Of a DNA stretch of 64,000 nt, positions 50,686 through 63,390 are shown piece by piece. Source of the DNA: Gordius albopunctatus (lineage: Eukaryota). The notes under the pieces are model-generated. The model was given only the letters and a program-made list of their open reading frames with translations, made no database searches and was not told where the DNA came from. The DNA is taken from positions 3,410,001 to 3,474,000 of the forward strand of contig OZ193910.1 of the NCBI GenBank assembly GCA_964276515.1, read 5' to 3'. Both the position numbers and the translations under genes were made by a program. Numbering within the stretch: position 1 is the stretch's first letter; every line of letters begins with the position of its first letter.

Positions 50686-50710
50686 TTATATATATATATA
50701 TATATATATA
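50686..50710. repeat. (TA)n microsatellite
   Basis: About twelve TA units. Confidence 0.9.
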
Positions 50711-53700
50711 CAACGTAGCAGGTGCAACAAAAGGTGTTAACTCTCGTCACTGTATCAAATAACACCTATACAGTCAAAAGACAACAGTACTATAAATAGA
50801 AAAAGGCAAAGGTGATTGTCAAGCATAAAAATGGGCGAAATTGTCACCTTTAATGTTGATATTTAAGAATTCATATCACTCGCTTCGATTTTAACTTCTT
50901 TCCTCGCAGGTGCTGAGTGTCATATTCTTAAAACTGTCATTTTCTCGCTCTCTCTCTGTTCAAAAAATGAACACCCTCACTCATCAATACTAGCTAACTA
51001 ATTGATTAAATTATGACGAAGAAATGTTCATATACGTTATAAAATAGAGGGACCAGATGTAATAAAGAATTCATAAATTTAGTGCATATAAGCATTATCT
51101 TAATTAAACGATAAACTAAAATGTACATTACATTCAGGATGGATATTAATAAGGAAGAAATGTTTTTACTGTCAGTGGCACATCTTTATTTTAATTATTT
51201 ATATAGTAATAGAAATTTGGAAAACAACAAAAACCTATGACAACTTTATTATATTTTAGATCGGCTTCTTTGAAATGTTAATTTTATCACTATTTTAGTT
51301 TTAAATTTTACCTATAAAATACTAAAACGTAGTAGGTTTATTAAATTAAAACCCTTTGTCTCGATAAAAGGTGTAGAAAAGCTAATTCAAAGCGGATATA
51401 AGGTACTTTATATAGCCCCTACCGCCCCCAAAATAGTGTCATCTCTTTGATGGTGGGTAATATTACAAATGACTTTAGGTGTAAGGATTTCAAAATTGGT
51501 CTCCAGCTGAGAATATCCTCAAATGAGCTCACATTAAGAAGAGGTTGTCGGTAATCTCTTTTCAAAAAAGATTATATAGACTGCTTGGAGGCTTAACCCC
51601 ATAGCCGGTATTTTAATAAACAGTGTTGAAATAATTTGTCAAAATACTACTACATTTTCGAGTGCTTGAGATAAAAGTTTAACCTTGATTCGCAGTTGGA
51701 AATTGATATGTTGTACCTTTATAAAACGTCACTTCTATGGTGTTCATCAAGTATTCAGTTAAATGTAGAAATCGGTGAACTTTTTATATGTAGCAAAAAC
51801 TTAATCAATAATTTTTAATAACTTTTAAAATATATTTCTCTTAGTAAAACTTATTTAAAACATTATCACGCTGCTTTAATATCTTTTTCATCCACACATC
51901 TATTTAAAAGATACCCCAAATCTTCTTAAAGTATAGGTCAAGTTATACAATTATTGTTATAAGCTTATTCATGGACGTAGGGGGAGGTAGGTAAGAGTGT
52001 GTCCCCTCTAAATCCATAAATTTATAAGGTATAATATAAATATGACTAAAACTTCAAGCAATTATCATTAATGGCCCCCTCTAGTTCTAATTCTAGATAG
52101 GCCGATTGACTTATAACTCTAGTTATGAAGAATTATATACTAAAACTTTATATTTATGTAGCGTCAAATATAGGAAGAACTCATTTTTAAACTGATAACT
52201 TTATAGGGAATTTTAAAGATTATAAAACAATTATCAGCTAATTATATACCACGCGAGGGAGGCTAGAATTCGAATTAAAATGTGACCTTAAAGTTAGGTA
52301 TTGATTAAGGGACGGGTAAAATTAATTTTTAGCTTTAACTCTAACTTCGTTATATACCCAAAAAATACTATGATTGAGGGTATAAGCCGCTAGTCTATGC
52401 CCCCTCCACCAGCTACTTCAAAGCTGCAAATTTGAAAGACGTTTAAAATGGTTAAATCTACCAGTTTGCGAAATTCTTTAGATCGATTGGAAAACGCTTA
52501 TAACCTTTCAATGTTTGAATTGTTTTGGTAAAGTTAATCGCTTTAAATCACTTATATCAACTTTACCTGCTCAGCCATGTTTAAACAAATGGTCAAATGG
52601 TAATTCTAAACTGGAGGCCTTCTGCTACTAAGTTAAGCCAACATATAAATAATTTTTCTTTATTACAGGAAAGAAAATAGTCTCAACAGGTGGTTATACA
52701 AACTTCATGACAATGGCTAAGCCTTATGCATTGGTAGTAGAGATGGCAATCATTTTTATTTATTCAATTGTATGTAAGCCACCTCAAGAATACTTGGCTA
52801 AGTTAAAGCGGACCATGGAATGGACGATATAATTTCTTTCTATTTTTTTTTGTCACAAAAGTTTAGCCACTTCCCAACCATATGTCCAAAAAAAATTTTA
52901 TTACCCACTTTAGACATTTATGAAATAGGAAGTAATTAAGGGAGGAAGGGCGATGTTGGCGCAAAAGCCTTAATTTAAAATATGTGTATGAAATTGTACC
53001 AACATCTGTCGATTTAATATTTAAGTTTGTGCCAATGCCACCTTGATTTAAAAAATAAAAAAAACAATGAAGCTTAACCCGCCCTTATTTATATTAATCA
53101 ATCAAATATGTGTGAAATAAATTGGTTAAATAATTTAATTAAACCACTATATTTTTTTAAAATACATAATTTTATTTATTAGAATGGTATAAAAAAATTA
53201 CATTCACGACTAAAAAAACTATTAGAACGCGCTATAACTAAACGGATGGCATTGATCGATGTATGGAAATCGTGTTGGATTTAACGATAAGAGTTATTGG
53301 TGAATTTGGCATCACATTCATAAAGCTGCGACCGAATTGGCCTTGCTATTGCAAACAATAAGTAGGTAGGCAATTTATAAATGATTTGAATTATTAGTTT
53401 TCAAGTACCAGCGACTAAATGCAAGATTCTGACACCTTTGGATAAAAATAAATTTTTGCCTTAAAATAAATATAACCGATGTTTAAATCCCGAGCCTAAA
53501 ATACTTTTAATCGAATGTTTTATAAACGATGACATGACAAACACTGTCTTTAAATAAATTTTTGCCTAAAAATAGATGAGGGACTTTAAATTTAATTTGC
53601 CTGACGCCGCCAGAGGTCAAGATTCTTTTTGATCTTTGGGCCCGACTATTTTAAAAACTTATAACTCAATATAAACTTCGTTTTAAAAAGAATATTTTGT

Positions 53701-54119
53701 AACTATACCAATCGATTCAAACAATTATTGGGTATAAAAAGAAAAACTAAGTTACTATCCAGGTGCTCTTAATTTTTAATCGTTTGTGTGTTTATTTGAA
53801 ATTTGGGCTTAATTTAGAGATTGGTAAAGTTTTATCAAATTTTTATTCGCGAAATAAATTTTATGCTTGCTAAATCATTGGTTTTTTTGTCAATTTCATA
53901 ACTTTCAAGTTCTGGTTCAGAAGTAGTTTTAAACGGATGATTCTAAGAATTTATAAAACAAACTCAAATTGATTGATTTCAGTTTTTTTTACATAAAGGA
54001 TGATTCCAACCGGCAACAACATTATGCCAGATCCATTAATGTTAACTTCTAAATACTTATGCCCATGTTTTTATAGAGCCAGCCACTTTTTTATGATGGT
54101 TTAAAATTTATTAAATAAA

Positions 54120-54420
54120 TCCTCTTATTTATTGTATTTGGGCACAAGTTGTGGGATCTATTTTGATCAGTTTCTTCCATCTTGATCTGGTAAGTGTCAT
54201 GATGCTCTGATTTATCTTCTCATTCATTAAATTGTCCACTTGCTCTTTCACATATGACAGGGTCGTCCTTACTCGGAACCTCCATATCCAAAGCGTTCGA
54301 TTAACCTCATTTGCATCCCTTTTTATAAATGTCCATCCCATTCCCACCATAGCTGGTTTATCATGTTCAATGGAATTTGCAATTACACCTGAAATATTTT
54401 GCCTTTCTTTTAAGCCCTAG
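54120..54420 (-). mobile_element. Degenerate RTE LINE 3' fragment related to the copy at 16769-17065
   Basis: LTRSRWKKLIKIDPTT parallels LTRSRWKRLIKTNTT; frameshifts and stops upstream. Confidence 0.65.
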
Positions 54421-54457
54421 AGTTGACTTCTTTCGCGTATTGATATCGAGCCGAGAT

Positions 54458-55488
54458 TAGAGACCTGCACGGGCGGCCCGAGGCCCGGCCCAAAAAAGCC
54501 CGGGCCATTTGGGAGATATTCGATTCGAATTCAATTCGAAATTTTGAATCAAATCTGAATTCGAATTCTTAGGTCTGAATTTCGACTCGAATATTTACCT
54601 GGTGAGATTCAAAAATCGAATCGAATTTTTAAAAAAGGATTTGAAAAATTATTTATACTTGATAGTTATTTTAAATATACAAGACGAAAATAATTAAACT
54701 GTTTTCATCTTTCCGCAAATTAGTTATTTTCCTCGATCACTAAATTTAAATTTTATAAGCATACATAAAATATATAAATAGCACTTTACATAGAGTATGG
54801 GGTTCAACTTCAAAAAAAAATTCCAATATTTTTGCTAACATTTTAGGTCAACTATTATTTAATGTTTATATTATTTTTGTACTTATCCATTAAACTTTAA
54901 CATAAATCATTAAACTATAAATAATATATTTTGATATGCATTGACCTTATGCGCCGAGATTTTATTTATATATATAAACATTCTAGATTTATTATAAAAC
55001 AAGATAATAACCCGTTGTACGGATACCGAAACTAAATAATAGATAAACTCTAATTAATGCCATCTAGGCGAAATTTTTAATAAGAGACTATATTAATTTA
55101 AATAATTTTGATACTGAAGAATAAAAATAAGTTAATGGGCCCATACAAAATCATCGAATTTGCAACCTGCAATCATCGTCTAAGTTTTTGTTTAGCTCCC
55201 TTGTTTTAAGATTTTTCGACACCTGCTTCATTTGCCTAGAGGTAGAGGTGTTTTTCGTTAGCGGGCCGGATTTATTAACACCGAAGAACAAATTTAAACA
55301 CGGAAATTTTCGATACTAGTTCCATTATCGATTTATAATTATATTACCTGCGTTTTATTTTTTAATTAAAAATTTTATAAAAATTGAGTTTGATTAAATT
55401 CCTGCAATTCTAAAAATTCCGGCCCGGGCCTTTTCCCCATTTTGAATTCCGGGCCCGGGCCTTAAAAAATTGATTTTGCAAGCCTCTA
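54458..55488. mobile_element. Non-autonomous hAT element
   Basis: TIRs TAGAGACCTGCA/TGCAAGCCTCTA; perfect TSD GCCGAGAT; GGCCCG and TTCGAA subterminal repeats. Confidence 0.9.
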
Positions 55489-56654
55489 GCCGAGATACAT
55501 TACTATGTAGTGTAGGGAATTCTAAAGCCTTCCTTCTAGATGCTTAAATTTTTAGGGTCTAAGTTAATTTTAGACATTTAACATAAAATATAATATTTCC
55601 TTTACCCCCAATTTAAAAGCATTGAAATGTTAACCATGATGGAATAGAAAAATTGGTAAAAGTTAAATTCTAGCTTCTGAACACGAAGTTCATATATCAC
55701 ATTTAATTTGTGACATTGGCAACGCTTGTTCACTTGAAGATAAATATGTAATAATTTTATTTAGTGCTTTAAATTATTCATTAACAAGCATCAAGAATAA
55801 AATTTTTTGTTAGGACCCTTTTTAGATTTCTTCGGTAATTATTAAAATTTCGAGCGAGGACCTATATTTTATTATGTGAAAAGTGAGGTGAGCAAAGCTC
55901 CGAATTTGTTTATCTAAATTTTTATACATTTTTTAAATTTGATTGCATAACTAAATTAAAAAGTTGACCGACGCTAATTTAATCCAGCAAAAAAATGATG
56001 ATTTGATTTTAAATACGACATCAAAAGCTAAGGTTATAATCAATTTATAGCTTGAATTAAATCTTTAAGCAGAAGTCTAAAGATTAGTAATTTAAAGAAA
56101 TAATGAATATCCAGACAAAACCCAGCCGATTTTACAACACTGATTCCCACCTTAAAAATATTTTTATATCCCATGATAACCTATATAATCCACAAAATTG
56201 TAATTGATGGACTATCATCTAAAGCTATAATGGGGCATTTATTTTTGCCTATATTATGATAAATTGGTGGCTTAAAAAGAAAAATTTTGTCTAGAAGCAG
56301 CGAACTTAAGTTCCAAAATCATTAAATACAGCTATTAGAAAAAATGCGACCAAAATTTTACCCATTTTCAAAACGCGAGAGTTGACGGGCAAATGTTGGT
56401 TCAGCAACTTAAATTAAAAAAACGGTTATTTTTTTACCAAAACTATTTAGATCATATTGAAATTAAACGAGTTAATAGTTTTTAAATATCGAATAATATT
56501 TAAAACACTTTTTTAAATTTTTCAACAATTCCAACCCCTTTAATTGAATACAGTATACACTCTTGCTTCACATATTATAGATGTATATAAGATTGAGAAT
56601 ACGTAGGCGTTTATTATAAATGTATATATATTTTGGGCTAAGAAAAATCATTGA

Positions 56655-59424
56655 CTAGATATCTAATTCAACATGAGGCCTATTTTTGTGCTGGGTCTTT
56701 CTCCTAGAATGGCTCCCATGTAAGGTTTTCAGCACAATACTGTTAATTTGATTCCCTTTCATCTTTAGCCTCAAAACATCGGTAAATTCATCATTAGATT
56801 CTTCGATAATTAAATCACCCTTTTCTCCCTTGACATCTTTGCTAAAATAATCATCAGGTTCTCGGCCCCACATCAGCATCCACGGGGTAAAGGTGGTGGA
56901 CCTATATAATTTTTTGCATGTAAATAAATAAAAATGCGCCTTTTTATTGTTTTATATAATGGCGACATCAGGATCAATTTTGTAATTAAGATAAATTTGA
57001 GTGTTTTTAATAAAGATTTCGTAGAACCGTTATCTCACTATAGCATTAACATAATTTTTGGCAGCCAATTATTATTTTTAGTTTACTAGGTGACAAGCAG
57101 TCATAGAAAGAAGAGTTTAATTGGGGATAAATATGGCGTAGGAAAAACAGCCATAAAGGCTATTTATATAACAAAATAATACAACTAGAGCCCTGAATGG
57201 GCCGTCCGAAGCCCCACCCGGCCCGACGTCAAGCCGGGCTCGGGCCAAAAACAAAAATTTAATTGCGCCATGAGCTTAGGCAAAATCTAGCTAAAAGATT
57301 TTACCAAATTCTAATATACAGCAAACCCGTATTGGTACGTATGAGAAGAAAGCTAATTTCTCAATAAATAACTTAAAACTAGCATCCATCCACTTTACCA
57401 TGTTCACATCAAATTGGTGGAAAAAAGGGTACACATATTGTGCGTTGATGAGTAGTCTATCTATGATTATAATATAACAGACCTGAATTGCAAATCTTAT
57501 TCTAGTATCTAAAATATTCATAGTAGCTGTTAGAACTTTTGAAAAAGTTAAATATTTCAAAAAGATTTTATATGGAACTGTTTAATAAAATATATTTTTT
57601 AAAGTTATACTTTTAGTTTTAAATTATTAGCTAAATCAATTGTAACAAGTGAAAATGGATTTTTTATTTTAAACTTATCCTAGTTGTAAATTACGAGTAA
57701 TAACAATCCAATGCATTTTATATTTAGAGGGTGAAATAAATTTCGAAAATAAAATTTTTTCGGGTGGGGCCAAAATGAAAAAAGTCTTTAGGGTTCGGGA
57801 AAAATAAAAATGGACAAGTCGGGCTTAGGCCGAGGGCCGGCAGAAAATTTTTATCTTGCAGAGCTCTACCTATGGCTGATCTTTTGCGAGGAGGGTTTAT
57901 AAGTTTGATTTATTAAAAATTTTTTACTGATTCCTTTGAGTAGGCTATTTAGAGGCTAAAAACAATTTTATGTTAAATAAAAATTTACATTTCAAAAAAG
58001 TCGGGCCGAGCTCGGGGTCGGGCCTTAGTAAAAAAATTTCGGCATCGTGTCGGGCTAAGGCAAAATAATGAGTGTCAGGCGCGGGCCGGGCTAAATAAAT
58101 TTCATTTTTCAGGGCTCTAAATACAACTAACTATGGGTCTACTTGTAGGCAAAAAATGATGGAAAGTTAGACATTTAATTCTGGTAAAGTTGTATGGGTG
58201 GATACCTTTGTTTAGTGGTGAGGAGAGCTCGCATTACCCCAGGCAATATGCAATCCCAATCACGGGTATCACTTTGCAATACTTTGATTAAAGTGTCAAT
58301 TATGCTTTGGTTGGCCTTTGCAATGGAATTTTCGGCTAAGGAATGATCAGATGAGATAATTTCGTGCTTTATGGCCATTGAGGCAAAGAAATCTTTTGAA
58401 ATAGAATTTACAAATTCAGGACGCTGATGACTGACAACAACCTAAAAAATGGATTTTTAAAGTAAGAATATTTATTTTATTTACAAATGCTCAGTTTTGT
58501 TTAAGTTATTAGGCTTTTAAAAGTAGGGCTTAAGTTTCAATAGTCAAGTTTTTAGTAAATATAATAAATTGAGTATTATTAAATTTTATTTAATTATCTT
58601 ACTTTTGGAAATCCACATCGACACAATATATCCAGCAAATTTTTTATTGTCTCTCTGGCCGTACAAGTCTGAATAGGCCTTACTTCTATCCATTTAGAAA
58701 AGTAATCTATAGCTACCAACATGTACATATTGCCACATTTAGTCATTGAAAATTTGTATAGATCAATCCCTACCTTTTCCCATGCTTTTAAACAAATGGT
58801 AGTTTTGGGGGTAGGAGGCTTATCATTAGATTGGTCTGTATTGTTATGACATGAGCATGACATAATATAATCTTTAATATCCTTAGACATGTTAGGCCAC
58901 CAAAATCTATTAAATACAATATATTTCTTCCATTCAAAATAAGTGCAATAATTAAGGACAATTACATGTTACATAAATAAACTTTAAAATTTTGATACTG
59001 TAAATAATTGGAAGACACAGGAAAAACATCAAAAGGGGTTATTTTTGTTTTGATTTACCTTTGTGCAATATAGGTCTGAGTACGATTGCACCCAAAGTGT
59101 CCTTCTAAACTTCCAGCATTTGTGGTATCATTAATACCCAGGTGATACAATTTGATTGTGTTTTTGATTTCCTCGGGTGTTGTCAAGACCTTAGATAGCA
59201 TATCTAGACATTTATACATAGCACAAGTTAGTTTTGTATAGAATACCTGTTTTAACACCTCGAACCATTTTAGATCTTTTATGGAATAATTGTTTATTTT
59301 TTAAAATGAATAGAGCAGATTTCCTTTTCATATAAGCTCTATGATTTTTATCAAAAGAAGAAGGTATTGTTCCATGTTCCAAATATTTAATAATTGCTTG
59401 AAGATCATAGTTTACCTTTACCAT
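56655..59424 (-). CDS. Intron-containing Ginger/GIN1-like integrase-derived protein, 369 aa; exons 59424-59247, 59203-59059, 58906-58603, 58441-58206, 56901-56655
   Basis: YLEHGTIP...KRKSALF N-terminus; H-H-C-C zinc-binding region (LYH, GHFG, RFWWPNM, CSC); core WEKVGIDL...VAIDYFSKWIE...GFPK|VVVSHQRPEF...DWD...KQR|STTFTPWMLMWGREP. Four GT-AG introns keep the frame open throughout. Confidence 0.85.
57186..58119. mobile_element. Non-autonomous hAT element inside intron 4 of the integrase-like gene
   Basis: TIRs TAGAGCCCTGAA/TTCAGGGCTCTA; perfect TSD AATACAAC. Confidence 0.92.
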
Positions 59425-60429
59425 CTAGAACATATTATTAAACACACAAACTAGCAAGCAACATACAATATAGTGATACTATTACAAACTTTATATAGAA
59501 TCAGCATAATTTTCATAGGTTAAAGCTTTTACTTTAGTTTTCTAGTTGGCTAAATACACGATTTCAATTTTTTAAGGCCTGATGCTAATGCATTCTTAAA
59601 TCTAAAATAGCTTGATATTTAAAAGTTAGTTGTTTAATATTACTTTTTATAAGTGAAAAGTTATCATTGTTCGAAGGCGTAAAGTTATTTTAATGTAACT
59701 TTTTCCCATCAAAACGCTTTTGCTGCACGTGATACTCTCATTCAAGTGAACCAATAGAGCATTGGCTTTTAGGCAATGAATGAGGTAAGGCGCATAAACG
59801 CATTTGCTCAACTGAGGTAACGCTCAGGGAGTCTACAACCAATCAAAATGTAGTTCAAATTTGCAAAGCATGCGTCATCTCATCTAATTTTCGAATGGTT
59901 CAGTTGAGAATATGCGTCTTCTCATCTAAATCTCGACAGTCAATCATATTATAGCTCGAATTTATAATTTTTAATAGTGTCTTCTAATTTTTTACCACGT
60001 CAAATTTCTATGCAACATAATTCCCGAAGAGCATTATTTTAATTATTTGCATTTAAATGTTCAGCACCCAATAACTTAGCGATTCCAAATAACAACTTCA
60101 AGTGCAATTGCCTCCTGGCAATCTAGCCACACATTACATTAGGCCTCAGGGCAATCTAGTAATAATTCTTATATATTTTTAGATGACATAAGTTCAATAA
60201 AAATCTTACATACTAATTCTCAGAGCAATATACCTCAGGGCACCTTGACCACCCATTTTATCTCATCCAGTAAAATTTAAATAATTCTTATATATTTTAA
60301 TTTTTAGATAACATTAGTTCAGTAAGAATTTTAATAATTTTCAGTGCAATAAGCCTCAGTGCATTTTGGCCGCACATTACATTAGGCCTCGAGGCACTTT
60401 GGCCACCCACTTTAACTCATCCAGTGGTA

Positions 60430-62680
60430 TTAATTGCAATGCAATTTATGGGCTCGTTTTTTGGTGTCCGTTGTCCGTCCGTTCTCCAAGGTTTTTACTT
60501 TCTGGTGCGATACCCGGAGAGGCCAATTTTTTTTAATTTAAATTAATATATTGGTCTTTTTAATAATACCATTGATAATATGACTTTTTGCCCGTCCGCT
60601 GGCTACTGACCAATGAAAAAAATGACCATTGGCCAAATGGTGATTCAAATTTTTTTCTTATCGTTTTTGAATTGGTATATTAGGTTAAGATTAATAATTA
60701 TCCTATGCCCTCCCCTACAATGGCTATGGCTCTACTTATATGGGTCCCTGTGCCCCTACAAAAGCTTATGTCTCTACTGATGTCGGTTCGAATCCCCGGA
60801 GAGGGCAAATTTTTTTAATTTTTATTATCTAATTAATATATTTTCCTTGTTAATACGATTGATAATATGACTTTTTGACCGTTCGCTGGCTACTGACTAA
60901 TTAAAAAATGACCATTGGCCGAATTGTGATTCGAAATTTTTTTTTCTCGTTTTTGAATTGGTATATTAGCTTAACATTTATAATCAACCCATGCCCTCCC
61001 CTACATGGGCCTATGCCTCTACTGATATGGGTCCTGTGCCCCTACAAAGGCTTATGTCTCTACTGATGTCGGTTCGAATCCCGGAGAGGACAATTTATTT
61101 TTTATTATTTAATTAAAATATTGTTCTTGTTAAGACAATTGATAATATGACTTTTTGGCCGTCCTCTGGCTACTGACCAATGGAAAAAACGACCATTGGC
61201 CAAATTGTGAATCGAATTTTTTTTCTCGTTTTTTTTCCGTTTGTTTTTGTTAATACCATTGATAATATGACTTTTTGACCGTCTCATGGCTGCTGACAAA
61301 TGAAATAAATGACCATTGGCCAAAGTATAAATCAATTTTTTTTAGTCGTTTTTTTCGTCTAATGTATTTATATCATTTTTGACCGTCTCATGGCTGCTGA
61401 CCAATGAAATAAATGACCATTGGCCAAAGTATAAATCGATTTTTTTTATCGTTTTTTTCGTTTCTTATATATTTATATCATTTTTGACCGTCTCATGGCT
61501 GCTGACCAATTAAAAAAAATAACCATTGGCCAAAGTATAAATCGATTTTTTTTCGTCTCATATGTATTTATATCCTTTTTGAACGTGTCCTGGCTACTGA
61601 CCAATGAAAAAAATGACCATTGGCCAAAGTATGATTTTTTATGAGTTTGACATTTTCCAATATATAAACATCATATCATTTATTTTTATTTAATAACTTA
61701 GAATTTTTTAGATCAAAGTTGTTTTAGAAAAAAATATCAAGTTACCGAAATAAAATGACTCCAAACCTACCATATTATGTTAAAAGATGGTTGTTAAAAT
61801 TCATCAATGAATTAACAATATAACTAAGTATGAATACTTATTAAGTATTAATTATTATAACAAGTATTTAAAATGGTCCTATGATTAGTAGGAAGCTTGA
61901 TTCGAGGCAAAAAAAACAAACTTTATTACACCTATAATTTTACTGGCTGAATATAACCATAGTCTAAACTCTAAAGAAAGACAATATATCACATAAACTC
62001 AGGTCTAAGGCAAATATTCGAAATTTGGACAAATGAAAAATTTATATTTTTACATTACACCTATTTACTTTAATAATTTTTTGAAATAGGTCATGCATGG
62101 GTCACCCTTAAAACCAACGAAAAAATTATCTTGTCAAATTCTTTTAAGTTCATCCCGCCTTATTCCTACTGCTTGAGCTTGTATTTGCTGTTACAACTTA
62201 ACCTCTTAAGCATTTTACCTCTCTTGATGATAGAGCTTATGCGTCCAAGCCCATATGCTAGTATTTTAATCTAACCGATTTATCGATTTTTTAATTTAGT
62301 CAAGCTTTAATTTAGGATTTGAAATGTATCTGACTTGCTGGTTCGATACCCGGAGAGGACAATTTTTTTTAAATTAAATTAATATATTTTTCTTGTTAAT
62401 ACCATTGATAATATGAAGTTTTGGCCGTCCACTGGCTACCGACTAATAAAAAAATTACTATTGGCCAAAGTAAGATTAAAATTGATTTATTTTCTTGATT
62501 ATAATTATAGGCTAGTTATTTGGCTGTCTGCTAACCATTAGAAAAGATCACCACTGGCCAAAGTGATGGAAAATTTGTATAAATAATTAACTAATCATTT
62601 TGCATTTAATACACCCCTATAGGCATTCTCGCACCTTCCCACCTTTCTCGCCCATAAATTGCATAGCAAATATGCTACTT
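60430..62680 (+). mobile_element. Helentron-associated interspersed element (HINE/DINE-1-like) with internal tandem repeats
   Basis: Subterminal inverted repeats TGCAATTTATGGGC (60440) and GCCCATAAATTGCA (62650); GTCC microsatellite near the 5' end; 3' hairpin TAGCA-AATA-TGCTA then a T-run; nine copies of a TGGCTACTGACCAATG...CATTGGCCAAA core; no TSD. Confidence 0.75.
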
Positions 62681-63390
62681 TTATACGGAGTATAGATGAG
62701 TTACGTTCCCCCTTCCCTTCCCCTCCTCCCTTTTCCGTCTCCCCGTCTCCCCTTCCCCCTTCCCACGAGAACCGAAGGCCCGAATTTTTTAATAATACTT
62801 ATATATTTTAATTTTTGGATAACATTAGTTCAATAAGAATCTCAATTCAACAGAAAATTATTTTGACAATGCTGTTATCCGGATTGGCAAAACTACCAGG
62901 GGTTGTGATCAGTAAAAATTGTAAAGTCGCGATCTTCTAAAATATGTCGGTAATGTTTAATTGAAAGATAAATTGCTAAGAATTCTCCCCCGAATATACT
63001 ATATCGAGTTTATGTTTGGCTCAATTCGTAATTAATATAATAGAATTATGGAATATTTACGATATGGGGGCTATGAGAATATATTGTGATAATAATTGTG
63101 ATATGTAGTGTTGAAATAATGATGTTGAGATAAAACACGTTATTAAAATGAGTGAGCGAAAAGAAAGTAATGAAGGAAACAGTAAAAACAGCTTAGCGAT
63201 ACAACGCGTGGCACAAGGAATATAGAAGTTACATATTAAATGACGCGAATATACATATATAAACAACGCAGCTCACCACAATGGTTTTCGGCGAGTTGAT
63301 AGGGCAGCGACGTGGTGTAGCATCAGCTGTAGCGCCAATGCATGTAAATAAATTTGACGCAAGTGGTCAGTTTAAACTTAAAAAGCCTAG

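Noticed and set aside
57291..57560. ORF inside the intronic hAT element
   Set aside because: AT-rich, with no recognisable transposase motif.
58175..58205. Integrase ORF ending at the 58175 stop (truncated pseudogene reading)
   Set aside because: A GT donor at 58205 splices in frame to 56901 and restores the conserved ST..TP..L..GR.P motif.
60730..60810. Functional tRNA gene
   Set aside because: Only the T-arm/B-box-like half is present; no cloverleaf or clear A-box could be built.
60600..61630. CRISPR-like array
   Set aside because: The intervening sequences are homologous to each other, the context is eukaryotic and there are no cas genes; it is a TE-internal tandem repeat.
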